This document shows positions 25,849 through 36,396 of a stretch of DNA of 64,000 bases, piece by piece (the first letter of the stretch is position 1; each line of letters begins with the position of its first letter). The DNA is from an uncultured Candidatus Saccharibacteria bacterium (lineage in GTDB: Bacteria > Patescibacteriota > Saccharimonadia > CAILAD01 > BJGX01): NCBI GenBank assembly GCA_964481235.1, contig CAYZYH010000001.1:25372-89371 (forward strand), in the 5' to 3' direction. Below the pieces are notes generated by a model that had not been told where the DNA came from, searched no databases, and was given only the letters and a program-made list of their open reading frames with translations. A program made the position numbers and the translations under genes.

Positions 25849-28545
25849 TTATACCGTTGAATCATTCGAATCATTGGAGCTAGTTGTATTTGGTGGTGCA
25901 GGAGGAATATTAGGGGGTATATTTTGATGTTGAGTTTGCTGATCCGGCTGTCGAGTAGACTGAACTGGTGGGGGTGTCGTGGAGGCAGCTGGCGACTGTT
26001 GCTGTTCAGACTGTAGGCTAGCCGACGGTGCAAATGTGACAATCTTATTGCTGCCCATTGGATCTTGACCAGTGGTGGTTTGGGTAGGCAGATTTTTGGG
26101 GTTAACGGGGTTTTGGGCTACACCAGTCATTGCTTGCAATACTCCAGCACTACTATCGTATGGTGCTAGCGTACTAGCGATAAATTTGGCTTTCTTATGG
26201 TGGTGTATAATAGCGATCACCACTACAATAATCGCTACTATAAGTGACGCGATAAGACCAAGTACTAGGTATATACTAGTACTTGATGTTTCTGGCAGAT
26301 CTTGGCCAGCAGATACTTTTGAGTTGGCAGTCGCAATTAAACCAGCCGCCAAGTAATTTGCTGGGTATTGTTTTTGAGACTCAGTAAAAAACTGCGATGC
26401 TTTTGAATAGTGAGCTTGCGCAAAAGCATCTATGCCAGCAAACCATGCCTGTGAAGTTGGACTAGTAGTATTTAAAGTAATATTCTTCTTGTTAAGTAAA
26501 GCTTTAAAATCAGCAATATCACGCAATATTCCGCCGGTAGAGAATTTACTTATACCAGATTCTACATCCGAAGATGGCAAAGCATATGTAGCTAAGCCAA
26601 CAATATTCCCTGACTCGGCAAAACCAGGGCCTCCAGAATTACCCTCGGCTATTGGTACGGTAGTTTCAATAATCTTACGTTGCTTAGTCTTAGAATCAAA
26701 AACAATGTTTTCTACCCGACCTTGTGTAGCTGAAGGTATAGTAGTGGCTTGCTTGGTAGTTAGTCCACCGTCCACAAATCCCGGAAATCCCATAGCTGTT
26801 ACAATACTGGCAGTTTTAAGCTCATCAATAGTTCCTAAGTTGGCAACTGGAAAATTGTTGCCTTCAATTTTTAGTAGAGCCACATCAGAATCAGTAGAGT
26901 TACTTAAGTCAGCTACCTCTTGCTGAAGAGAACTTTCGTCAAAATCTTCACCAATCAGCTTAGCTGAAACATTAGTGTTGGTCTTTATAAAGCTCAGATT
27001 ACTACCATTTATCGTTACTTTCAGGGGTTCATTACTTAGCTGTACACCAAATTGGCTATTAGTCTTTGTAACTTGAAAATTTGCTGGTGGTATTAGTAGT
27101 GTAGATTGCAATATTTTTTCTGATGCTGTTGGGTCATTTTTTGCCAGTGCTGCCACCAGGGAATCTACTTGGCTAGCGCTCATAATATTGGCACTTACAA
27201 GGTACTTTAGGTAGTTTTTTAAAGGCTCAAAGTTTTTAGCATTAGACGACAAAACCAAATAGGTCTGTAATACCCTTGCGGGTATATCGGTTACAACATG
27301 ACCATTGGTACTTATGTACCCATCGCTTGAAACAATCGCGCCACTACCTGCAACCGCATTACAAGCATCTGAAGCAGTAAATCCAACCTGTTTGTTGGGT
27401 GATAATATACTAAAATTCATACAGATAATCGAACCGATACGTACAACTGCAGGCTGGTTTTTGGCCACCACTTTTAGTGCAGTTTCGTTTACCAGTTCTG
27501 TAATAGTTTTGGTGGTTTGCGACGACACTACTCCAGTGTCGTGGTGCTGCATACCAGGATGAGTACTCATGTCAGTACTAGCCGCCAGAGCGATGTCACC
27601 AGGTAGGTTACGATTGACAAGCTTGGCATCATTATCGGGCTTTGAATACTGAATTGTCTCTATCACCGCCTCTAGGTTAGCCAGTTGGGCGCTATCGGCC
27701 AAATTGGTGTTTTTTAGACTAATTACATATGGTCGACCATTTTGAACAGTTACGTATTGAACAGTAGTATTGGTAGTAGTAATAAATTCTGTATTGGTAA
27801 TGTTATAGGTGAGTTTTTTATATTTTGTACGCCCAATAGTTACATCTTCTTGCTTGGTTAGCTCTACTGTAGTCTTGTCGTCTATCTTTGGCGCAAAATA
27901 CTTTGTCGTTAACTCTAGATCACTCAAGTTTCCAAATTGTTCTTTACGTAAATCGAAAAAGTTTTTTCGATTATTGGTTGTTAATTGTAGCTCAGATACT
28001 TTTATGGTTTGGCTATCTAAAAAACTGGTCTGTTCGCTGTTGTTTGGGTAAATATTTACTAGCGAATAGTCGTCAATTTTATCTAGATCATCACCAGTGA
28101 CTGTCACAACCTTTTCATCGTCTTGTAATACTGTGGCGTTAGCAGCTAGTATTTGTTTACTATAACTAAGCATAAAACCAAGCTTAGAGTGTATTATTTG
28201 AACACTTTTAGAAGCTTGGTTAAGATTGACGGCATTTTGAAGAGATTTTGAGGCTTCGTTTCTTGCAGTCCTTATTTTGTAAAATCTAACACCTACCACT
28301 ATTGCAATTACTGTGAGTATAGCTAGCAATATACATAGAGCAATCAACAACCATTTCTTATGTTTTTTATGTCTGGCATGCTCCAAGCGAAGATGATGAT
28401 GTGATTTTTTGATAGTTGCACTGTCTTGAATATCTTCATTGTGCAAATTATCTGTTAAATTAGATTTTTTTTCTAAATCATCGTGAGATTTCGTTATTTT
28501 CATAATATGCTTATGATTGTACTCTTTTACAAGATGACTTATCAA
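25849..28545 (-). CDS. membrane-anchored trypsin-like (S1) serine protease with large N-terminal extracellular region and Pro/Thr/Gln-rich C-terminal tail
   Basis: N-terminal TM. ISTNGHVV (His) and GNSGGPGF (Ser) motifs. Second TM after the protease domain. The tail reads PPNIPPAPPNTTSS... Confidence 0.65.
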   Translation of the reverse strand: MISHLVKEYNHKHIMKITKSHDDLEKKSNLTDNLHNEDIQDSATIKKSHHHLRLEHARHKKHKKWLLIALCILLAILTVIAIVVGVRFYKIRTARNEASKSLQNAVNLNQASKSVQIIHSKLGFMLSYSKQILAANATVLQDDEKVVTVTGDDLDKIDDYSLVNIYPNNSEQTSFLDSQTIKVSELQLTTNNRKNFFDLRKEQFGNLSDLELTTKYFAPKIDDKTTVELTKQEDVTIGRTKYKKLTYNITNTEFITTTNTTVQYVTVQNGRPYVISLKNTNLADSAQLANLEAVIETIQYSKPDNDAKLVNRNLPGDIALAASTDMSTHPGMQHHDTGVVSSQTTKTITELVNETALKVVAKNQPAVVRIGSIICMNFSILSPNKQVGFTASDACNAVAGSGAIVSSDGYISTNGHVVTDIPARVLQTYLVLSSNAKNFEPLKNYLKYLVSANIMSASQVDSLVAALAKNDPTASEKILQSTLLIPPANFQVTKTNSQFGVQLSNEPLKVTINGSNLSFIKTNTNVSAKLIGEDFDESSLQQEVADLSNSTDSDVALLKIEGNNFPVANLGTIDELKTASIVTAMGFPGFVDGGLTTKQATTIPSATQGRVENIVFDSKTKQRKIIETTVPIAEGNSGGPGFAESGNIVGLATYALPSSDVESGISKFSTGGILRDIADFKALLNKKNITLNTTSPTSQAWFAGIDAFAQAHYSKASQFFTESQKQYPANYLAAGLIATANSKVSAGQDLPETSSTSIYLVLGLIASLIVAIIVVVIAIIHHHKKAKFIASTLAPYDSSAGVLQAMTGVAQNPVNPKNLPTQTTTGQDPMGSNKIVTFAPSASLQSEQQQSPAASTTPPPVQSTRQPDQQTQHQNIPPNIPPAPPNTTSSNDSNDSTV

Positions 28546-28563
28546 GCCAACTAGATAATAGCA

Positions 28564-28592
28564 TTGACTATTATGACGATTTGTGCTAAAAT
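28564..28592 (+). promoter_or_regulatory. sigma70-like promoter TTGACT-17-TAAAAT
   Basis: ttgactattatgacgatttgtgctaaaat, about 70 nt upstream of ATG 28664. Confidence 0.55.
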
Positions 28593-28663
28593 AACCAAGA
28601 TTTGTCTGCTAGTTAGTAGCAGGTATAAATTAGTACCTCTCAACCCCAAAAAAGGAAGAATCA

Positions 28664-28960
28664 ATGACTCAGCCAGGAATTGATCTCAACAAGAATATGG
28701 CGACAATCTGTAAAACTTTTGCACTCAACATTGTGCACACTGTTTTTACCAAGCTCACCGCCTATCTCTTGGTAATTTGTTTGCTTTTCGCCGGATGCGC
28801 AATTAGGTGGTTTAACATCTTTGCGCACGCAAACCACACCCAGGTACAACAGTATCACCACGTTGCTTATCAGGTGTTGATCTGTGTTGGACTAGGTTTG
28901 TCTGGCCTGTTTCTGCTGTACTTCGTCTTGCGGGCCCTCAATCTGAAATCTGATGACTAG
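28664..28960 (+). CDS. small hypothetical membrane protein (98 aa)
   Basis: RBS AAAGGAAG 7 nt upstream. Two or three TM helices. ATGA overlap with the downstream gene. Confidence 0.5.
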   Translation: MTQPGIDLNKNMATICKTFALNIVHTVFTKLTAYLLVICLLFAGCAIRWFNIFAHANHTQVQQYHHVAYQVLICVGLGLSGLFLLYFVLRALNLKSDD

Positions 28961-29663
28961 CAGGGTGGCAAAAGACATAAAAGAAGAGGCTTACACCAAA
29001 GAATATTACCTAAAAAAGCTAGTAGGTGTAATTATCTTTGTAAGCATCTTTCCTATGCTAGTAGCGTGGATATGGCCCAAACCATACCTGCCTAGCCAAG
29101 ATCTAGATGCTCAGAGTGTCGAAGAAGCCTTAGAAAGCGAAACTGGCCCTATACCCGGAAATGACACACCAGAGGTTTCAGTCAACGAGGTAGAACGTTT
29201 TCTGCAAGTAATCGCTTACAATGAAAGCCGAGGCGACCCCTTGGCTGATGCACGTGGCTCAACTGCCACAGGTAAGTACCAGTACATATACAGTACCTGG
29301 AATGGTGATCCTGGACAAGAAAATGGCGCGAAGTACTTGTTCCCGCCCGCCATTGAATACGCCGAAGCGCGTGATGCGCCCGAGGCTGTTCAAGACGCAG
29401 TGGCATACATCGAGTATTCGCTAAAGTTCAGAGATCTGGGTGGTGACTTATTTAGCCTTGCTATTAGTCACTTCTACCCAAAAGGATTATCCCATCCAGA
29501 GGAACTAGACGAGATAATTGGCAACAATACTGTAACACCACGTGAGTACGCCAATATGCTCATTGAGGGTATCCAGTCTGGTGTAGGACTAGATATCCCC
29601 CTAAACTATCGGGGAGCACCCGATTTTGACCAGTATGCTGCGGCAGCTGGTATAGAAATATAA
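28953..29663 (+). CDS. hypothetical membrane-anchored protein with possible lysozyme/transglycosylase-like (Rpf-related) domain
   Basis: [30 protein letters not shown] resembles the Rpf motif (CESGGNW..NTGNGYYG.LQF...TW). N-terminal TM. Confidence 0.4.
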   Translation: MTSRVAKDIKEEAYTKEYYLKKLVGVIIFVSIFPMLVAWIWPKPYLPSQDLDAQSVEEALESETGPIPGNDTPEVSVNEVERFLQVIAYNESRGDPLADARGSTATGKYQYIYSTWNGDPGQENGAKYLFPPAIEYAEARDAPEAVQDAVAYIEYSLKFRDLGGDLFSLAISHFYPKGLSHPEELDEIIGNNTVTPREYANMLIEGIQSGVGLDIPLNYRGAPDFDQYAAAAGIEI

Positions 29664-29687
29664 CCATGGGTATTAAAGCCCCTTCTA

Positions 29688-29725
29688 CCCCACCACGTTA
29701 CTTATGTGACATGGTGGGGTTTATT
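29688..29725 (+). terminator. intrinsic terminator
   Basis: ccccacca...tggtgggg 8-bp stem followed by TTTATTCATTTT. Confidence 0.5.
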
Positions 29726-29776
29726 CATTTTAGACTTGTTTTTATCTTATCTATATGCTATTATTCTATAGATATG

Positions 29777-30127
29777 AAAGCCAAGATTCACCCAGATTAT
29801 GTAAAGACCAAGGTAACCTGTGCAGGTTGTGGCACAACTTTTGATTCAAACAGTACTGTTTCTGAAATACATGTAGATGTTTGTAGTAATTGCCACCCTT
29901 TTTATACAGGCAAGCAAAAACTAGTTGATACTGCTGGGCGAGTAGATCGGTTTAAAGCTAAGCAGGCAGCTGCCAACGCCAAAAAAGATGCTCTCACTAA
30001 AAAAGGCCAGAAAGCCCTAAATAAGGCCGAAGCCGAGGCTATATTGAAAGCCGACGAACAAATTAGTGAACAAAACACAACTACAGCCAAGGAAGCTACA
30101 AAAGATCAAAGTACTACCGACAAATAA
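29777..30127 (+). CDS. rpmE: 50S ribosomal protein L31 with Lys/Ala-rich C-terminal extension
   Basis: MKAKIHPDY...CAGCG...[13 protein letters not shown]. The track ORF is N-extended from 29666. Confidence 0.8.
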   Translation, partial: KAKIHPDYVKTKVTCAGCGTTFDSNSTVSEIHVDVCSNCHPFYTGKQKLVDTAGRVDRFKAKQAAANAKKDALTKKGQKALNKAEAEAILKADEQISEQNTTTAKEATKDQSTTDK

Positions 30128-30191
30128 CTAATATATTCATAAAAATAACTGCTTTAGGTATAATATAAGTAGCTATTTTTTTATAAAAACT

Positions 30192-31247
30192 ATGGAAACC
30201 AAAGATCAGATAATAAAACTACAAGAAAGCCTTAAAGAAGTTGAGGCAGAACTCGCTAAACCAGATATCTATGCTAGCCCCAAGGCTGCAGCAATTGTTA
30301 ACAAGCAACGTGATATAAAAGCTAAGTTAGAGCTATTTTTGCAAATTCAAAAAATTCAAAATGATATAGCCGAGGCCAAACAAATGCTAAGTGAACCCGA
30401 CATGAAAGATTTGGCTGAAGAGACTTTGAGTGAGTTGGAACCAAAACTAGAAAGATTAATAGCTGAGGCCAAGATAGCCTTGCTACCCACCGACCCCAAC
30501 GAATATAAAAATGCTATTGTTGAAATCCGAGCAGGCGCAGGTGGTGACGAGTCTAGTCTGTTTGCGGGTGAGTTACTACGCATGTACTCACGTTATGCCG
30601 AAACGCACGGTCTTAAAGTAGAACTACTTAGTGAAAGTGTTGGTAGTAGTGGTGGCTACAAAGAAGTAATAGTACTTATTAGTGGCGAGAAAGCTTACGG
30701 ATTACTTAAATATGAGAGTGGTGTGCATAGAGTGCAACGCATTCCAGCTACAGAAAGTGCTGGTCGTATACATACTAGTACCGCTACGGTTGCTGTACTA
30801 CCCGAAGCCGAAGAGTCTGAGATAGAGATAAGCCCTGCCGATTTACGCATAGATGTTTTTAGAAGTGGTGGTCATGGTGGCCAGAGCGTTAATACCACTG
30901 ATAGTGCAGTGCGCATTACACATATTCCTACCGGCATTGTTGCAACCTGCCAAGATGAAAAATCACAGCTAAAAAATAAATTGAAGGCCATGAGTGTACT
31001 GCGTTCTCGTCTACTAGACCAACAGCAACAAGAAGAAGCCAAGCAACTTGGGGAAAACCGTCGTATGCAAATAGGAACCGGTGACAGATCTGAAAAGATT
31101 CGCACTTATAATTTCCCCCAAGACCGAGTAACCGACCACAGGATATCTTTTACTACACATGGTTTGGCTAAAATATTAGACGGAGATCTTGATATTGTTT
31201 TTGAAGCATTGCGTAGTGCTGCTGTAGATAAAGCCCTAAAAGATTAA
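30192..31247 (+). CDS. prfA: peptide chain release factor 1
   Basis: GGQ motif ([17 protein letters not shown]) and a PAT tripeptide (RIPATES). Confidence 0.9.
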   Translation: METKDQIIKLQESLKEVEAELAKPDIYASPKAAAIVNKQRDIKAKLELFLQIQKIQNDIAEAKQMLSEPDMKDLAEETLSELEPKLERLIAEAKIALLPTDPNEYKNAIVEIRAGAGGDESSLFAGELLRMYSRYAETHGLKVELLSESVGSSGGYKEVIVLISGEKAYGLLKYESGVHRVQRIPATESAGRIHTSTATVAVLPEAEESEIEISPADLRIDVFRSGGHGGQSVNTTDSAVRITHIPTGIVATCQDEKSQLKNKLKAMSVLRSRLLDQQQQEEAKQLGENRRMQIGTGDRSEKIRTYNFPQDRVTDHRISFTTHGLAKILDGDLDIVFEALRSAAVDKALKD

Positions 31248-31261
31248 GTGAGTAATAAAAT

Positions 31262-32083
31262 TTGATCATCCAAGAAGCTATTATAAATACTGAGAGTAAG
31301 TTTAAATCTGCAAAAATACCATCACCTCGTCTTGATGCCGAGCTTTTACTTGCCCATGTGCTTAACCAACCGCGTGAATACTTGATAGCCCACAACAACA
31401 GAGAGCTATCAGATGGTGAAATATCTATCTATAAAGATTATGTTTCACGCAGATTAGCGCGCGAGCCAGTATGCTATATTACTAATAGAATAGAGTTTTA
31501 TGATATAGATTTCTATGTGGACAATAGAGTGCTTGCACCAAGAGTAGAAACCGAATTAATTGTAGAACAGGCCATAGAATTTGCCCCCAACAGATCCAAA
31601 CTAATTGATATTGGTACTGGTTCTGGCGCTATCGCAATCGCTATTGCCAAACACCGCCCTGATCTTAAAATTACCGCCACCGAGGTGTCTGCCGATGCAC
31701 TAAAAGTAGCAAAACTTAATGCCATAAAGTTACTAGGTAAAGATCATAAAATAGAATTTGTGTTGAGTGATATTTTTGAAAATATTAAGGATCAATTCGA
31801 CACTATTGTTACCAATCTACCCTATGTTTCGAAAGATTATTTACCACAGATGAAGCCTGAGGTAAAAAAAGAACCAGCTATAGCGTTGTTTGGCGGTTCT
31901 GGGGATGGCCTAGGCCTCTACAGAAAGTTTTATATGCAGATTCCTGTTCACATAAAAAAAGGTACACGTATATACCACGAATCCGACCCCTGGCAACACG
32001 ATAAACTAAAAGAAATTGCTTCAAAAATAGGATTAAAACTTGCCTTAGAAGACTATCTAATTCTTGGATTTAAAAAGTTGTAA
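31262..32083 (+). CDS. prmC: release factor glutamine N5-methyltransferase (HemK)
   Basis: DIGTGSGAIAIA SAM motif and NLPY catalytic motif. Directly downstream of prfA. Confidence 0.8.
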   Translation: MIIQEAIINTESKFKSAKIPSPRLDAELLLAHVLNQPREYLIAHNNRELSDGEISIYKDYVSRRLAREPVCYITNRIEFYDIDFYVDNRVLAPRVETELIVEQAIEFAPNRSKLIDIGTGSGAIAIAIAKHRPDLKITATEVSADALKVAKLNAIKLLGKDHKIEFVLSDIFENIKDQFDTIVTNLPYVSKDYLPQMKPEVKKEPAIALFGGSGDGLGLYRKFYMQIPVHIKKGTRIYHESDPWQHDKLKEIASKIGLKLALEDYLILGFKKL

Positions 32084-32095
32084 CTTTAAATAGTA

Positions 32096-33247
32096 CTAGT
32101 TTTGTGGCGCTTCGGCCAACGTTACTTTTACTTGGCTTTCCTTACCATCTCTATAAATTGTAAGAGTAACGGTATCGCCTACGTTATGCTGATTGACCAA
32201 GCTAGAAAGTGAATTACTAGCATCTATCTTTGTACCATCGACTTTTAAAATAATGTCGTCATCTTTTAAACCTGCTTTGTCGGCCGGGCTCCCGCTTTGC
32301 ACGCCACTCTCTCCCTGGCCACCTTGTATATAAGCACCGTAATCTACACCGAGATTATTTGCCTTGGCAATTTCTGGCGTAATAGCAACATATCGAACAC
32401 CCACAAAAGCTCGCACAATTTTGCCGTTTTGCTCCACGGTTGAAATATCTCGTTTAACTTCATTTATTGGTATAGCAAAGCCAATATTTTGAGAGCCCTC
32501 ACCCGCAACTGCTGTGTTCATACCAATGACTTGGCCCTCTACATTTACAAGTGGTCCACCAGAGTTGCCAGGGTTAATTGCAGCGTCGGTTTGAAATAGG
32601 TTTTGCAAACTTTCCGTGCCTCCACCGTCAGCCGCCGTAATAGGGCGTGATTTACCAGAAATAACACCGGTAGTAACGGTGTTTTGAAATTGTCCAAGCG
32701 CATTGCCAATTGCAACTACAAAAGACCCTACCTCTACCTTGCTACTATCGCCAATTTCAGCCGGCACCAAATCGCTCACACCATCTATCTTTAAAAACGC
32801 TATGTCATTAATGGGGTCTTTGGCAACAAGCTTTACTTTTGTATACTCTTGACCATCAGATCGTACTACAACAAAAGAACTTCCGCCCTCTACTACGTGC
32901 TTATTGGTAAGTATTAATCCATCGGCCGAAATTACTATGCCAGTACCAGCCCCCTTTCCCTGAGTACTTCTACCAAATGCGTCACTACCAATAGTAGAGG
33001 TAGTAATACTTACTACGCTGGGGCTTACTTTTTTGGCAACATTAATAGTTGCGTTTTGCTCGCTTATCACCACGTTCTTGCTCTGCAAGGTACCAAATCT
33101 TGAGTTTGGTTGATGTGTGCTCCACCAATTAAAACCGGCAGCGCCAACAAACCCAAATATCAAAGAAGCTAGCACCAAAATAGTTGCATATTTTATAATA
33201 CTGTTTTTTCGATGAGAGCTATTGTGTGGTGTATTTTCTTGTGACAT
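32096..33247 (-). CDS. HtrA/DegP-family serine protease with PDZ domain, membrane anchored
   Basis: TNKHVV, GNSGGPLVN. C-terminal PDZ. N-terminal TM. Confidence 0.85.
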   Translation of the reverse strand: MSQENTPHNSSHRKNSIIKYATILVLASLIFGFVGAAGFNWWSTHQPNSRFGTLQSKNVVISEQNATINVAKKVSPSVVSITTSTIGSDAFGRSTQGKGAGTGIVISADGLILTNKHVVEGGSSFVVVRSDGQEYTKVKLVAKDPINDIAFLKIDGVSDLVPAEIGDSSKVEVGSFVVAIGNALGQFQNTVTTGVISGKSRPITAADGGGTESLQNLFQTDAAINPGNSGGPLVNVEGQVIGMNTAVAGEGSQNIGFAIPINEVKRDISTVEQNGKIVRAFVGVRYVAITPEIAKANNLGVDYGAYIQGGQGESGVQSGSPADKAGLKDDDIILKVDGTKIDASNSLSSLVNQHNVGDTVTLTIYRDGKESQVKVTLAEAPQN

Positions 33248-33303
33248 ATTACATATAATAACAAAATGTAGCTGAGAATTGACTTAAATAATACATTCTA
33301 TGT

Positions 33304-34125
33304 TTAAAGCGCTACCGCCCATTTACTTAGAAGTAGTAAAGCAATAAACACCACCGCGGTAACACTTATATATTCAAAAAGCAGGCTTCTACGCAAAGTA
33401 TTTTCTTTGAAATGATAGTAGAGACCGCCAAAGCCATAGGCAAGTGCAGCCACAATAAGAGAAGACTGGCTAAGTAGTAGATTGGTTTGAGGTATGTGAT
33501 ATAAATTTATCCAAAGCGTAGTTATCCAAAATATTTCTAGCACAATTAACGACCACACGCTTGCGATCACGTAGGGTTTATTCGTAAAACTTAGTAGCCA
33601 AGCAAGTGATAAGAAAAACATACTTAGCCACACACCCAACATAACAAGCACTACTGGCCAGTGCCAATATGCCAACATAAGGCTAGCTAGGCTAAGACCA
33701 AGAGTAAGTAGTACTATATGTAAAATATTTACAAAGATAACGTTTGGCTTGTTACGTACCTCTTGTAAAAGTAAGCCCATATAGCCCACACCAACCAAAA
33801 CACATAGCAATATAAACCAGCCTATTGGTATTAAGAAAATCACATGTATGGTATATATGTATCCGTACAAAAAAAGTAACCACATGCTTGGCCTTATAAG
33901 TGAAGCTAATATATGAGCTCTCTTACGGCTGATTAATATTCTACTAAGCACCCAATAATTCACGGCAATCGCCAAAGGTAGTATTAGTATAGGGTAAGCC
34001 GAATAATACAATAAGGCAATTGACGAAATGGTTAGACCAGACCCTGCGGCCAAAATAATTCTTTGGTCGTGAGTAAATACTTCTATTCGTTTTAGTTGGT
34101 CACTGAGTTTGATAATCTGCTCCAA
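33304..34125 (-). CDS. hypothetical polytopic membrane protein
   Basis: About 8 TM helices. Overlaps the start of the LCP gene by 26 nt. Confidence 0.5.
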   Translation of the reverse strand: MEQIIKLSDQLKRIEVFTHDQRIILAAGSGLTISSIALLYYSAYPILILPLAIAVNYWVLSRILISRKRAHILASLIRPSMWLLFLYGYIYTIHVIFLIPIGWFILLCVLVGVGYMGLLLQEVRNKPNVIFVNILHIVLLTLGLSLASLMLAYWHWPVVLVMLGVWLSMFFLSLAWLLSFTNKPYVIASVWSLIVLEIFWITTLWINLYHIPQTNLLLSQSSLIVAALAYGFGGLYYHFKENTLRRSLLFEYISVTAVVFIALLLLSKWAVAL

Positions 34126-35449
34126 TTATTACACTAATATCGGCCTGTGGGGTCGTACCGCTTATTGGCTCTACCACTGTAGCAGTAACGCCCAATCGCT
34201 TCTCTAAATATTGCAACGTGTAAGGTTTTTTTCCACCAGTATTGTCGACTATTTGCGTATTCTTTACTGTGTTTGTCGGTGCCGCAACAATACCTATTAC
34301 ATTATAATTATAACTTTTTAATAGCTCAGAGGCTAGCTTAGCCTTTAAATCACTAGGTGTACCATTGGCAATTTGTATAGTAGCGGCTTCTTGTTTGATA
34401 TATCCATCTACAAATATGCTCCTTACATACGACTGTATAGCTGCATATTTACCTACTCCCGCACTAGGCACAACCACACTAGCGCCTCCAATAGTATCGG
34501 TCACAACCAAATTATTTGTAGTGTTGTCTAGAACATGAGTAACTATTTTGCTTGTATCTACCTCGCGTGCTATTTGGGCTAGTCTTTCAAGCTCTTTTAG
34601 TTGCAGATCAGTTCTGACGTTGTCACCTACTATACCGAGTAGTTCATTAATTTTTGCAGGATTTTTTAAAATGTTTTGCTTTTCTGCTTTTTCACGCAAA
34701 GCTACTATAACATCTTGTTGGCGACTCGCGCGACCAAAATCGTCGCCACAGTTACCCTTGCGGCAGCGAGCATATTTAAGTGCTGCACTACCATTGAGGT
34801 GTTGCGGACCAGCCTGCAAGCTAAATCCACAAACCATACCTTCATTTTTACTGCAAGGATAGTCTGGATCAACCAAGTTATCTTTTACCACCACATCTAC
34901 GCCACCCACCATATCTACTGTTTGCTTTAATGCCGTAAAGTCAGTTCGAATATAGTAATGAATGGGTATACCAAGAACATCTGAAACGGTCTGTTTTGCT
35001 AGTTCGGGCCCACCACCTTTTTTGTTTTGCTCGCCAAAAGCATTGGCATTGTTTATTTTACTAAATCCGTTATTGCCAATTTTTACATATAAGTCTCTTG
35101 GTATTCCTAGCATAGCGACGTCGTGTGTCTTGGGATCATAACTTGCTACAATCAGTGTGTCACTAAGTTGCTCACCTTCATGTCCTACATCTCCCACCCC
35201 CATTAGTAAAATATTTACTCTACCAGCTCCTTCACCTTTAAGAGTTTCAGGTTTTATTTCTTCGGTCTTCAATCCCTCCGCGACAGTACCAGTATTTTTT
35301 TGTATTACCTTACTAATAGTCTTGTAGGTGTGATAAGCATATGCACAGGTAGCTAATACCCCAACTAGTAGCACCGCTAGCGTCACTCTTAACCAAATTC
35401 TTTTTTTCTTAGCAGGCTTAATGTTACTGTTCTTTCTTTGTAATTTCAT
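34100..35449 (-). CDS. LCP (LytR-CpsA-Psr) family cell-envelope phosphotransferase
   Basis: N-terminal TM. DTLIVASYDP...GIPRDLYV LCP core. Confidence 0.8.
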   Translation of the reverse strand: MKLQRKNSNIKPAKKKRIWLRVTLAVLLVGVLATCAYAYHTYKTISKVIQKNTGTVAEGLKTEEIKPETLKGEGAGRVNILLMGVGDVGHEGEQLSDTLIVASYDPKTHDVAMLGIPRDLYVKIGNNGFSKINNANAFGEQNKKGGGPELAKQTVSDVLGIPIHYYIRTDFTALKQTVDMVGGVDVVVKDNLVDPDYPCSKNEGMVCGFSLQAGPQHLNGSAALKYARCRKGNCGDDFGRASRQQDVIVALREKAEKQNILKNPAKINELLGIVGDNVRTDLQLKELERLAQIAREVDTSKIVTHVLDNTTNNLVVTDTIGGASVVVPSAGVGKYAAIQSYVRSIFVDGYIKQEAATIQIANGTPSDLKAKLASELLKSYNYNVIGIVAAPTNTVKNTQIVDNTGGKKPYTLQYLEKRLGVTATVVEPISGTTPQADISVIIGADYQTQ

Positions 35450-35555
35450 ATTTTATAATACAGGCCATTATGGTGTTAATTATTACTTTATTGATACGCA
35501 CAACAAAAAACATTGTACTCGACTTTATTGTAAGTATCTGCGTATAATACTATAA

Positions 35556-36368
35556 ATGGATGATAAAAACCAAACCTCTAATGATAATTCGAATACCAGC
35601 CCTATCGAACCTAAGCCTGAAAATACTTTAGAGGTTGGCAAAGAAATTAAGCCTCAGAGTGAAAGCGAAATCAACCACTCTGGGAGCCATGCACAAAAAA
35701 AAGCTGCCGACAATTTAGCTTACGATAATGATATGGCAAGTTTGAATAAAACAGATATAGAAGAGCAAACCAATGAACAGCCCGAAAAAAAACGTTCCAT
35801 CATAAAGGAATTGTTGATTTGGGCCGGGGTTACAATTGCCATAGTATTTATCATTCAAAATTTTATTTTTCAAGCTTTTTACGTATCGGGTAGCAGTATG
35901 GAGCCTGGTTTTCACGACAATGATTATTTAATAATCTCAAAAATTCCGCTAACTATGTATGATGTTGGTAGGTTTTTTGGACAAAAAGAAGTAAATATTA
36001 AACGAGGTGATGTATTGGTGTTTAGGTATCCGAAAGCTCCTGAGACTTTCTTTATTAAGCGTGCTATCGCCTTACCGGGCGAGCGTGTTACGCTAAAAAA
36101 TGGCGTAGTAACCATCTATAATACCGAACACCCCGAAGGTATGGTGCTAAATGAATCATATATAGATCCTCAATTTACTACTCAAGGGGACATAGACGAA
36201 ATAGTAGAGCCTGGAATGGTATTTGTAATGGGAGACAATCGAAGCCCGGGCGGAAGCTTCGACTCGCGTGAGTGGGGCCAATTACCACAAAGTAACATTA
36301 CTGGCTTTGCCAGCTTGCGTCTGCTACCAGTCAATACTCTCAAACTAGTAACAGACCCAAGTTATTAG
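35556..36368 (+). CDS. lepB: signal peptidase I with N-terminal low-complexity extension
   Basis: SGSSMEP (Ser box), KRAIALPGE (Lys box), GDNRSPGGSFDSREWG (box E). Confidence 0.85.
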   Translation: MDDKNQTSNDNSNTSPIEPKPENTLEVGKEIKPQSESEINHSGSHAQKKAADNLAYDNDMASLNKTDIEEQTNEQPEKKRSIIKELLIWAGVTIAIVFIIQNFIFQAFYVSGSSMEPGFHDNDYLIISKIPLTMYDVGRFFGQKEVNIKRGDVLVFRYPKAPETFFIKRAIALPGERVTLKNGVVTIYNTEHPEGMVLNESYIDPQFTTQGDIDEIVEPGMVFVMGDNRSPGGSFDSREWGQLPQSNITGFASLRLLPVNTLKLVTDPSY

Positions 36369-36396
36369 TTATTAAATTGAAAAACTATTTCAAATA

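Noticed and set aside
29666-29776. N-terminal extension of the rpmE ORF ([10 protein letters not shown]...)
   Set aside because: This stretch contains the upstream operon's terminator hairpin (29688-29725). L31 homology begins at the ATG at 29777.
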